Source: Candidatus Omnitrophota bacterium (lineage in GTDB: Bacteria > Omnitrophota > Gorgyraeia > Duberdicusellales > 4484-171). Taken from it: a stretch of DNA of 64,000 nucleotides. The DNA is taken from positions 3,137 to 67,136 of the forward strand of contig JAMXCX010000001.1 in assembly GCA_024542985.1 (NCBI GenBank), in the 5' to 3' direction. Made by a program: the position numbers and the translations under genes. The notes under the pieces were generated by a model. The model worked only from the letters and a program-made list of their open reading frames with translations, had not been told where the DNA came from and did not search any database. This document shows, in pieces, positions 1 through 7,802 of this stretch; the stretch's first letter is position 1; each line of letters starts with the position of its first letter.

Positions 1-703
1 TAGTTAAAGATGGTGGTAAATATTGGCCCAGAGTCAAAAAATCACACTCTGTCTTCCTTAAATCTCTCAAAACCCCGATAACTTCATTATCGTTTTCACC
101 TAAGCCCAACATAAGGCCTGATTTAGTAAAAATTTGCTTATTCATACCTTTGAGCAGCTTTAAAATTCCTAGAGACCTCTGATAACTGGCTCCTTTTCTT
201 ATCTGAAGATATAAAGAAGGAGTAGTTTCTAAATTATGAGAAACTACTTGGGCCCCGCAATAAGCTATTCTTTTTATTAATTCGGCTTTTCCCAAAAAAT
301 CCGGTATCAATAATTCTATAGTTATTTTAGAATTCAGGCTTTTTATCGCTTTGATTGTCCGGCAGAAAATTTCAGCCCCGCAATCGAAGAGATCGTCTCT
401 GGTAGGTGAAGTTATTACTACATAGCTTAAGCCTAACTCTTTAACAGCTCTTTTTACCCTCCCGGGCTCATCAAAGTCAGGCTTAAAAGGCTCGCCTTTC
501 TTTATACCGCAAAAATTACAACCTCGGGTACAAATGTCACCTAAAATAATAAATGTCACCACACCACAAGAAAAACATTCAGAGATATTCGGACATAAAG
601 CTTCTTCGCATACAGTATGCAGACGATAACGCCTTAGAGTGTTCTTTAGATTATGGCAAGCACTAAGTTTTACTCTCTTATTTAACCATGCGGGTTTAAT
701 CAT
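1..703 (-). CDS. lipA: lipoyl synthase, partial (C-terminus runs off window start)
   Basis: Manual reverse-complement translation from ATG at 701-703: MIKPAWLNKRVKLSACHNLKNTLRRYRLHTVCEEALCPNISECFSCGVVTFIILGDICTRGCNFCGI... shows both LipA cysteine clusters (CEEAxCPNxxEC and radical-SAM CTRGCNFC); not in ORF track because truncated. Confidence 0.85.
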   Translation of the reverse strand, partial: MIKPAWLNKRVKLSACHNLKNTLRRYRLHTVCEEALCPNISECFSCGVVTFIILGDICTRGCNFCGIKKGEPFKPDFDEPGRVKRAVKELGLSYVVITSPTRDDLFDCGAEIFCRTIKAIKSLNSKITIELLIPDFLGKAELIKRIAYCGAQVVSHNLETTPSLYLQIRKGASYQRSLGILKLLKGMNKQIFTKSGLMLGLGENDNEVIGVLRDLRKTECDFLTLGQYLPPSLT

Positions 704-753
704 AGAGAAAGTTACTATAAAATATTTTTACTTCGGATAAACTTATTTTAAAC

Positions 754-1083
754 TTAATCATATTCATGGGTGACAAAGGCGTTAAGTTCTCCTGTAGCTG
801 TTAGATTAACCACAACTTGCATATGATCATGCTGAACCCAGCCAGCGTCGTTATCATTTCTTTGGCGTAATCCAAAACCTGTTTGTAGTGAGGCTCCGCC
901 GGGAATTAAATCTCCGGTTCTAGCATTAAGGTCGGCATACTCAAGTCCAGTATAATAAGCTACTTGTTGGGCCCGGCGCATGAAATCTTGGTCTACTAAA
1001 AGGGCAAAATTGGGGCTAAAACTTATAAAGGCAGTAAGAAGAATCGAAACCAACATTATACTTGAAATAATTATAACTATCAT
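754..1083 (-). CDS. small membrane-anchored hypothetical protein, last gene of pilin-like cluster
   Basis: N-terminal hydrophobic helix (IVIIISSIMLVSILLTAFISF); start overlaps stop of upstream gene in ATGA (1080-1083), indicating translational coupling. Confidence 0.45.
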   Translation of the reverse strand: MIVIIISSIMLVSILLTAFISFSPNFALLVDQDFMRRAQQVAYYTGLEYADLNARTGDLIPGGASLQTGFGLRQRNDNDAGWVQHDHMQVVVNLTATGELNAFVTHEYD

Positions 1084-1736
1084 AACCTTATTTCCATATA
1101 TTTAAAAAGAATCCCTTCCATAGTTTCATAAACTTCACCGTTGGGGACTGTTCCGGTAGTATTTACAGCTGCGGTAATAAAATTCGGATCATCACCTTCA
1201 CTATACATAAACTCTGCTTCCACCGGCCTAACATTACCGGTTTCATTAACACCCGGGTCTACTAAAGTCTCATATAAATTATAAACGCCCGGTGCATTAA
1301 AAGTTCCGCCTGTAGACCTTAGCAAAACTAAAGAACCTACTGCAGCATTAGATACACAATTGACTAAATCCGCTACGCAGTATCTATACCATACTTTAGT
1401 TCCTCCGGCAGAAGTCATGGTATGATTCCGGTCATCTATAATGTAAGGGTCATCCTCACCCACAAATGCGAGATTGTCTCTAACCCATTCTCTGTTGGGA
1501 AAAGACCCCCGAAAAGGATCACCTTCCCGAAAAGGTTGATCTATATTTACTGCTCCTAGGCAGCGAAGTTTTATATCCTCTAGGGCATAATTTACCTGAC
1601 TATACATATTGTAACGGTCGGCATTCAGGCGGACACCGTTTAAAAAAAACACAACAAAAGAAGTCGTTGCCAAAAGTATAAATGCAGAAATTACAAGTAC
1701 AATAATAATCTCGATTAAAGTAAATGATTTTTTCAT
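1080..1736 (-). CDS. prepilin-type N-terminal cleavage/methylation domain protein (pseudopilin/minor pilin-like)
   Basis: MKKS-FTLIEIIIVLVISAFILL: class III signal-peptide consensus FTLIE with Glu+5 and hydrophobic helix; Ser rather than Gly at -1. Confidence 0.7.
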   Translation of the reverse strand: MKKSFTLIEIIIVLVISAFILLATTSFVVFFLNGVRLNADRYNMYSQVNYALEDIKLRCLGAVNIDQPFREGDPFRGSFPNREWVRDNLAFVGEDDPYIIDDRNHTMTSAGGTKVWYRYCVADLVNCVSNAAVGSLVLLRSTGGTFNAPGVYNLYETLVDPGVNETGNVRPVEAEFMYSEGDDPNFITAAVNTTGTVPNGEVYETMEGILFKYMEIRL

Positions 1737-1753
1737 CTTAAAAAATACTTTTT

Positions 1754-2665
1754 TTAATTAACTGGCTCTGAAGCCTGTATAATTAAATTAGCTCTCCTGA
1801 CGCGAATATCTCCAAAACCGCCCACAGACCTATTGCTCCATTCAACTCCGATTAGATATGTCTGTCCGGCTCTCATTATATTTGCAACATTAAGCCTTCC
1901 GTTAATTGAAACCTGACTCATAATCGGAGTTTCTGCAATTATAGGATACCAGGTCCAGGTATTTCTGGGAGGACGGCCGCCAGTCACATCTACAATAAAA
2001 ACCCGACTCCGAAGAGCATCTGTAACCACTAAACCAACACCACTAACAATATCAAGAGCAATATTATAGGTTATTATTACATCCTTATCCGTCAAATATC
2101 TGACTTCTTCCGCTAAAGCCCAGGGTTGAGCACCCGGGGGTAGGCTACATCTGATATCATTAACACATTCGTAAATGCCGAAAGGAGCTCGATCTCCCTG
2201 CTGGCTAATTTCAACTGAATCTATATGCAAGGAGGGGTAAGGAACAAAACCTGTAAGCCTTACTTGTTTTCTAACCGGATCACGCATTAATGTATCTTCG
2301 TCATACTCAACATTAACCTCTACTTCCTGATAGGGTATTTGTCTTGTTACGGGAGGCCCGGCACTATCTACGCTCATATTTCTTTGAGTAATTATTACAT
2401 CCCATTCTAGGAGTTTGCCATGGCTAACTGTTCTACTATCAGGATGATTTCCCTGATCAGCGTCTAAGCTACCGTAAGATAATGCTGTCCAGCGATCCAG
2501 CTCTAAGTGGGCTCGATTCATAGCTGCTGCTTTATTTTGGGCCTGCTTTAGCATAACTTTTCCGGTAACAATCACGCCGCTTAAAAAAACTACACCAATG
2601 CCGACTATAACTGAAGCAACAATTACCTCAATTAAGGTAAAGGAATTTTTTTCCTTAATTTGCAT
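1754..2665 (-). CDS. prepilin-type N-terminal cleavage/methylation domain protein (303 aa, minor pilin-like)
   Basis: MQIKEKNS-FTLIEVIVASVIVGIGVVFL; Glu+5; Ser at -1. Confidence 0.7.
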   Translation of the reverse strand: MQIKEKNSFTLIEVIVASVIVGIGVVFLSGVIVTGKVMLKQAQNKAAAMNRAHLELDRWTALSYGSLDADQGNHPDSRTVSHGKLLEWDVIITQRNMSVDSAGPPVTRQIPYQEVEVNVEYDEDTLMRDPVRKQVRLTGFVPYPSLHIDSVEISQQGDRAPFGIYECVNDIRCSLPPGAQPWALAEEVRYLTDKDVIITYNIALDIVSGVGLVVTDALRSRVFIVDVTGGRPPRNTWTWYPIIAETPIMSQVSINGRLNVANIMRAGQTYLIGVEWSNRSVGGFGDIRVRRANLIIQASEPVN

Positions 2666-2684
2666 ATACCCGTTTTTATCTTAT

Positions 2685-3428
2685 CTAATTCTGAACCGGC
2701 ATAACCGTAATAATCAGGTTACGGGCAGTATTGCCGCCTTCATCCAGAGGGCTGATTATAATCAAAGATGTATTATTTAACCACTCGATTCTAAAATCCA
2801 TTCTATTAGGAAATTCGCCCCCGAAATCTTCCGGCCTAAGATAAGCACTGCCGGTTATAGTGGGGTCACTGGGAGTGTAGACTCCTATTCCGCCTTGAAA
2901 AGGAATAGTCATAACCGCTTCGTTGCCTCTTGGCTGGCCATTAACTAATAAACGGGTAAAAACTTTCCCGCCCTTAAATTCTTCATAAGCATAGCCGCTC
3001 CATCTACCGCCTATACCCAAGGCCTGACATACGGTTGCTATAGGCAAAAATTCAGCTTTACCTACCACGCGAATTGTCCAGGTCACAAAAATACCTGTAT
3101 ATTTTTGATACTCTCTGCCTATTCCTCCTTGGCCTCTGAAATTAACGGTTGTCTCTAATATCGGCTCAAACTCAAAAGGAGCACCCAATCTACTTTGTGT
3201 TATGGGTTTTCCGCCAACCATCAAACAAGCCTCTGCACATGCCTTGGCTGAAGAAGGATATCTTGAAAAGGTAAACTCAGGGTAGACTGTTAAGCCATAG
3301 CTCACCTCTCCTTGGCCTATTTCTTGTATTACTACCGGAGCCAGAGAAGGCCTTGTGTCGGCTGCAGCCGGAGAAACAGAAACAGCAGCTAAAAAAATAA
3401 TGCTTAGAATAAAATACATAAATTTCAT
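2685..3428 (-). CDS. secreted protein, paralog A of tandem pair (unknown family)
   Basis: Start reassigned to ATG at 3426-3428 (MKFMYFILSIIFLAAVSVSPAAA = Sec signal peptide) preceded by AGGAGGG Shine-Dalgarno; ~55% identical to 3755-4525 product with an identical 24-aa block MTIPFQGGIGVYTPSDPTITGSAY. Confidence 0.6.
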   Translation of the reverse strand: MKFMYFILSIIFLAAVSVSPAAADTRPSLAPVVIQEIGQGEVSYGLTVYPEFTFSRYPSSAKACAEACLMVGGKPITQSRLGAPFEFEPILETTVNFRGQGGIGREYQKYTGIFVTWTIRVVGKAEFLPIATVCQALGIGGRWSGYAYEEFKGGKVFTRLLVNGQPRGNEAVMTIPFQGGIGVYTPSDPTITGSAYLRPEDFGGEFPNRMDFRIEWLNNTSLIIISPLDEGGNTARNLIITVMPVQN

Positions 3429-3754
3429 TTTTTCCCTCCTTTTTTTAACCTTTAAATTTATTTGTAAAACAACTGTCATAACTGCTCTTACTAAAAAATT
3501 ATCCTCCTCCTTCATCTTTACTATAAACTAAGGATTTTTCCTTAGCCATAGTTATGAACAGGTATAGCAGTGGTAATAGCTTACCAAAGTATGAGCCTTA
3601 TCAGTTTAAACTAAGCTAATACGATTAAAATGCTTAACCTAACTATGTACAATAATATTATATCATTAAAAGGTGCAGTTCCTTAAAAAAACAGAACTAC
3701 CCTCTTGCTGAAACCAAGCTATTAATAGCAAACCTTTTTACTTAAGCCGGCCTA

Positions 3755-4525
3755 TTACTGAACCGGCATAATCGTAATAATCAGGTTCCGGCTAGTATTG
3801 CCGGTAATGCCACCTGGACCGTCCAGGGGACTGGTTATGGTCAAAGATGTATGGTTCAGCCAGGAGACTTCAAAATTCATTGTATTCGGAAACCTACCTC
3901 CCGGAAAATCTTTCGCCCTGATATAAGCGCTTCCGGTAATAGTAGGGTCACTGGGAGTATAGACCCCTATTCCGCCTTGAAAAGGAATAGTCATAATAGC
4001 AAGATTACCTTGTTGCGTACCATTAACAGTAAGCCGAGTTTCAACTTCCCCGCCTATAAATTCCTCATACACATAGCCATGCCAGTTACCAGCACCTAAT
4101 ACCTGGCATACACCCTTACGATCACCTGTCCATAAAGGCATAAACTCAGCACTACCGATTACACGTATGGTCCAAGTAATAAACATAGCTGTATTTTCTC
4201 GATACTCTGTTCCTATACCATTGACGCCAGTAAAATTAACAGTTGTGCTCAGTATCGGCTCGTAACTAAAAGGAGCACCAAAAACTGCTGCCTCAATGGG
4301 TTGACCTTCTACTGCATTACACTTATCTACACAGCGCTGTTCACCGCCAGAGTACCTGGAAAACCTATCAAAGAAAGGATAAACGGTCTTAGAATAAGTT
4401 ACTACTCCTGCTCCCATTTCCTGTATTACTAACGGGGGCAAAGAAGGTCTGGTAGCTGCTGTAGCGGTAAAAGTAAAAGATACCACCAGCAAAAGAACAC
4501 TTAAGCCAATTACAATACTTTTCAT
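3755..4525 (-). CDS. secreted protein, paralog B of tandem pair (unknown family)
   Basis: MKSIVIGLSVLLLVVSFTFTATAAT signal peptide; GGGAGG Shine-Dalgarno upstream; CxxxC+C pattern and conserved C-terminus NLIITIMPVQ shared with paralog A. Confidence 0.65.
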   Translation of the reverse strand: MKSIVIGLSVLLLVVSFTFTATAATRPSLPPLVIQEMGAGVVTYSKTVYPFFDRFSRYSGGEQRCVDKCNAVEGQPIEAAVFGAPFSYEPILSTTVNFTGVNGIGTEYRENTAMFITWTIRVIGSAEFMPLWTGDRKGVCQVLGAGNWHGYVYEEFIGGEVETRLTVNGTQQGNLAIMTIPFQGGIGVYTPSDPTITGSAYIRAKDFPGGRFPNTMNFEVSWLNHTSLTITSPLDGPGGITGNTSRNLIITIMPVQ

Positions 4526-4578
4526 TATCCACCTCCCTTATACGTTTAAACAAATTAATTAATCTCTCTAATCTATAT

Positions 4579-6438
4579 TTACTCCCTCGTCCTGGTCACA
4601 TAAAAATGCATGTTCAGCACTTTCATGGTTAAGGTGACATTCGGAACACTAGGGATAAAATATTCTAACCGCATACGATAAGTTTTTCCCGGAGTTAATT
4701 CTCCGGCATCGATATTGGTGCCGGCAAAAATAGTAAAAGCATTGGTAAAATCCTTTTGATGAAGCATACTGGAATGTTCCTGTATAACTTCTTCTTCACC
4801 GGCAGCGTTAAATCCATAAAGCATAGCCCGTGTGAAAAAATAAGCTTGATTAGCCCCAATAAGCGGTATGTCGGGATTCTCTGAATTAACCTCCCAAAAA
4901 ATCGCAAAGGATTCCCCGCTCTTAGGCACAAATTCATAAAAAAAGTCTCCATCAATTTCGCTATAGCAAGCAGTGCAATCCCATTCAGTCGGCTCACCGG
5001 CAAGGCATGCCTCAGCCATTATTAGCAGCTGGCCGCAAAAGCCTGAATCTAAAGAGTGTGTAGCACATGTTGCATCGTCGCCACTAACAGCATTTTTACC
5101 TAAGCCTATTTCTCCGCAACAATAATGCTCTGGTTCAGGCAATTGAAAATCAGGTAAAGTTCCGATTTCATCATCCCAATCCAATACGCCCTTAAGGTCT
5201 GGATCTGACCTTTCATCGCATGACCTAGGGCTACAGTTCTCTTGGAAACTGAAACCTGTTCCGCTGCATTCCTGGGGAGTTCCATCAGGCCATGTATCAG
5301 GACAACATATATTAGCCTCACAACAACTAACTTCTTTTAAACACCTTTCTAAATCTTGGGTATAAGTTATGCACTCACCAGTATAATCCCTAAAATCGTC
5401 ATCCGGCACATATTGATAGCAAGTTGGGATCGGATCCGGCGGGTCCGGCGGGTCTGGATCCGGGTCCGGGTCTCCGCCACCGACATTATCGCAATCAAAC
5501 CAACCATCAGCAACTTTATCATCAATATCCTTTAGCTTAACGCACTTTTTATCACTGTCTTTAACAAGACAATGCTTATTGGGTTTATTGCAAGGACTAT
5601 CCGTACAGGCAAAACAGGCTGGGTCACCGGCAGGTATCATTAAAAGGCCGGCTAGCTTTTTATCTGTATTTAGAGAACTCTGCTGTTGAGGAGGGATAAA
5701 ATCTGCCGGACAACTATCACCGGTAAGAACATCAGTAGGGTCTTTGTAATAATCATCTGAGGTGCTGGCTACATCCTTAAAAAATCTTTCCCTATAGTAC
5801 CCACTCAATGTAGGACTGCCATCCGGCCTACATCCGCTAAAAACAGGAAAAATATCGGGATCAGTACAATGCCATTCACCTGTTATAGGAGGAAACCTCT
5901 CACACCTTGCATCATCATTATCACTGGTGCCTGGATTAGGGTCAGTATTAGGACAACCTCTTGGTTGAGCCCCGTCAATAGGCCCAAGTGGTGTTTGGGT
6001 AGGAGGTACAGCATTAGTATCACCGTCAAGATAACTGCAGTCATTAAATTCAGTCCAGTCACCAGGCTGCATGTCAGTCTCACTACAAGTAAAAGGCGTA
6101 CGCTCACAACCATACCTGGCATTATGGTCTGCGGTGCATTTATACTTCTTTTCATATCTACTAGCAGGGTCTTCTACCAAGCAACAATCCGGGCATTGCC
6201 CTTGCGTTGTCAAAGTTATACATCTTGAGCACTGAGCACTCATATCAAGAAGATGTTGAACATCACAAGGGACAGTACCTAGGATGACATCGCCAACTGC
6301 AACCCAAGATATCTCATCACTGCTTTCATCACGCGCAATCCGGGCAATACTTGCAGTCCTTCTGGCATAAACAAATTGGGTGATAATTGTAAAAAATAAA
6401 AGTACTAGGATTATCCTAAACCATAGTAATTTCTTCAT
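4579..6438 (-). CDS. large cysteine-rich secreted protein with (DP)n linker; putative pilus-associated adhesin
   Basis: Start placed at MKKLLWFRIILVLLFF (ATG 6436-6438, GGGGGGAAGG Shine-Dalgarno upstream). About 50 Cys in recurring C..C/CC patterns; GGGDPDPDPDPPDPPDPIP linker; Cys-free C-terminal ~150 aa domain. Sits between pilin gene and secreted paralogs. Confidence 0.65.
   Translation of the reverse strand: MKKLLWFRIILVLLFFTIITQFVYARRTASIARIARDESSDEISWVAVGDVILGTVPCDVQHLLDMSAQCSRCITLTTQGQCPDCCLVEDPASRYEKKYKCTADHNARYGCERTPFTCSETDMQPGDWTEFNDCSYLDGDTNAVPPTQTPLGPIDGAQPRGCPNTDPNPGTSDNDDARCERFPPITGEWHCTDPDIFPVFSGCRPDGSPTLSGYYRERFFKDVASTSDDYYKDPTDVLTGDSCPADFIPPQQQSSLNTDKKLAGLLMIPAGDPACFACTDSPCNKPNKHCLVKDSDKKCVKLKDIDDKVADGWFDCDNVGGGDPDPDPDPPDPPDPIPTCYQYVPDDDFRDYTGECITYTQDLERCLKEVSCCEANICCPDTWPDGTPQECSGTGFSFQENCSPRSCDERSDPDLKGVLDWDDEIGTLPDFQLPEPEHYCCGEIGLGKNAVSGDDATCATHSLDSGFCGQLLIMAEACLAGEPTEWDCTACYSEIDGDFFYEFVPKSGESFAIFWEVNSENPDIPLIGANQAYFFTRAMLYGFNAAGEEEVIQEHSSMLHQKDFTNAFTIFAGTNIDAGELTPGKTYRMRLEYFIPSVPNVTLTMKVLNMHFYVTRTRE
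5433..5474 (-). repeat. imperfect in-frame hexanucleotide repeat (GGRTCY x7) encoding the (DP)n linker of the Cys-rich protein
   Basis: ggatccggcgggtccggcgggtctggatccgggtccgggtct on plus strand; encodes DPDPDPDPPDPPDP on minus. Confidence 0.5.
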
Positions 6439-6469
6439 AATAATACCTTCCCCCCTCAATGTTAGCCTT

Positions 6470-6892
6470 TTACCAAAAATCACAAGTTTGGCCTATCCTA
6501 CCTCTAATTTCAGTTACAAACATCTGCTCATTAGCACAAAGACCTTCATCGTGCCGGGTAGCAGTTGCATTAAACCCTCCAGTTACGCTCGCTGTAATAG
6601 TATAATCAAAAAACTTGTCATCAATATTAATGCCTAAGTTCAGCTTAATCGATTGCTTACTGCATGGATCACAGATATAATATACACCCATATTATCCAG
6701 CTTGTGCCTCTTTTGGGCATTATAAATACTAACCAATGTTAAACTGGCGATTTTACCCTTACTCCTTTCAATAGAACCCTGATAAGAAGGCACTGCGAAG
6801 GATAGTACAATACCCATAATTACCAGCACCACCATTATCTCTAATAGAGAAAAGGTTTGCCTTTTTATTGTATTTATGGCTTTTTTTTTCAC
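6470..6892 (-). CDS. type IV pilin-like protein (140 aa)
   Basis: GTG start with GAGGGAGG Shine-Dalgarno. MKKKAINTIKRQT-FSLLEIMVVLVIMGIVLSF: class III signal peptide with Glu+5; two Cys near C-terminus (D-region-like); Thr at -1. Confidence 0.7.
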   Translation of the reverse strand: MKKKAINTIKRQTFSLLEIMVVLVIMGIVLSFAVPSYQGSIERSKGKIASLTLVSIYNAQKRHKLDNMGVYYICDPCSKQSIKLNLGINIDDKFFDYTITASVTGGFNATATRHDEGLCANEQMFVTEIRGRIGQTCDFW

Positions 6893-6904
6893 GCGCCTCC
6901 CTCA

Positions 6905-6945
6905 TTAATTTATACCATATTTATATATATTATTCAATTTCCCGG
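6905..6945 (-). promoter_or_regulatory. sigma70-like promoter for pilin cluster
   Basis: On minus strand TTGAAT - 17 nt - TATAAA upstream of the pilin GTG start; AT-rich surroundings. Confidence 0.35.
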
Positions 6946-6977
6946 TATCCGGATAATTATAGAAAATAAAAGCGTTT

Positions 6978-7802
6978 TCAGTTTTTTCTCCCAGCATTCC
7001 AGCTTTCCAGGCTGTATTTATCCGCGAGCAGGCGGTTAACTTGCTTTCTTTCTGCAAAATCAATACCTTTGGCTTTAATCTTGAGCCCAAAACTAAGCTT
7101 AAAGCTTCTTGCCAGTAAAGAACGTAAATAGCTAAATTTAGTTTTCTCACCCAGAACCTTATCTAAACAAGTAGTTTTTTGCTTTAGATCCTCGGTTTGC
7201 TTTATAGATTCCCGTATCATTTTAAAATTTAACCTTTGAGGTATACTGCCCTGCTGGAAAATAATATTTCTCTTCCTCCTTTGAGCATTACCGCCTATTT
7301 TTTTATCCTTTATCAGCAAATCAAAATGCTGATAACTTAAAAAGCAAAAGTTGCTGTATAGGCCTAAGGTTTTTTGAGTTAATTTTAAGCTCTTATTTTT
7401 AGAATAACTCCCCTTTATTTTATCACCGGCAAAATGAGCCTCTAAGCCCAAACAGGAATAGAAACGCTTAAGCCAAGAACAAATTATTCGGTAAGAATCT
7501 TTAACTGATTTGGGTAGACTTAAGTCTTCTAAAGAACAAACTAAACTGTAGGTAATTTCCTGGTCATGAAGGATAGCTGAACCTCCGGTGCTTCTTCTTA
7601 CAAAGGGAAGGGTATTTTTGCTGGTTAAAACATCCTGGGGTTTTTGGTTATAACCCAGAGAAATAAACGGCTGAGCCCAGCCATATATTCTTAAGGTGGG
7701 GGTGTTGTTCTGATAATAGTTTAAATGCAAGGCCTCATCAAGGGCCATATTATAATAGCCTTCGCCTTTTTTATCTAAAATCAGTCTCCAGACTTTTCCC
7801 AT
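6978..7802 (-). CDS. lipoate-protein ligase family protein (LipM/LplA-like octanoyltransferase, BPL/LPL catalytic domain)
   Basis: YYNMALDEALHLNY...IYGWAQPFISLGYNQ...RRSTGGSAILHDQEITYSL matches LplA/LipM catalytic motifs; 274 aa (LipM-size); last gene of gcv operon. Confidence 0.75.
   Translation of the reverse strand: MGKVWRLILDKKGEGYYNMALDEALHLNYYQNNTPTLRIYGWAQPFISLGYNQKPQDVLTSKNTLPFVRRSTGGSAILHDQEITYSLVCSLEDLSLPKSVKDSYRIICSWLKRFYSCLGLEAHFAGDKIKGSYSKNKSLKLTQKTLGLYSNFCFLSYQHFDLLIKDKKIGGNAQRRKRNIIFQQGSIPQRLNFKMIRESIKQTEDLKQKTTCLDKVLGEKTKFSYLRSLLARSFKLSFGLKIKAKGIDFAERKQVNRLLADKYSLESWNAGRKN

Noticed and set aside
4695-6228. Several 70-120 aa ORFs on both strands inside the Cys-rich protein gene (4695-5003, 5106-5321, 5883-6155, 5869-6228)
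   Set aside because: They are embedded in or antisense to a long, well-supported ORF that has its own Shine-Dalgarno and signal peptide. They have no independent translation signals.
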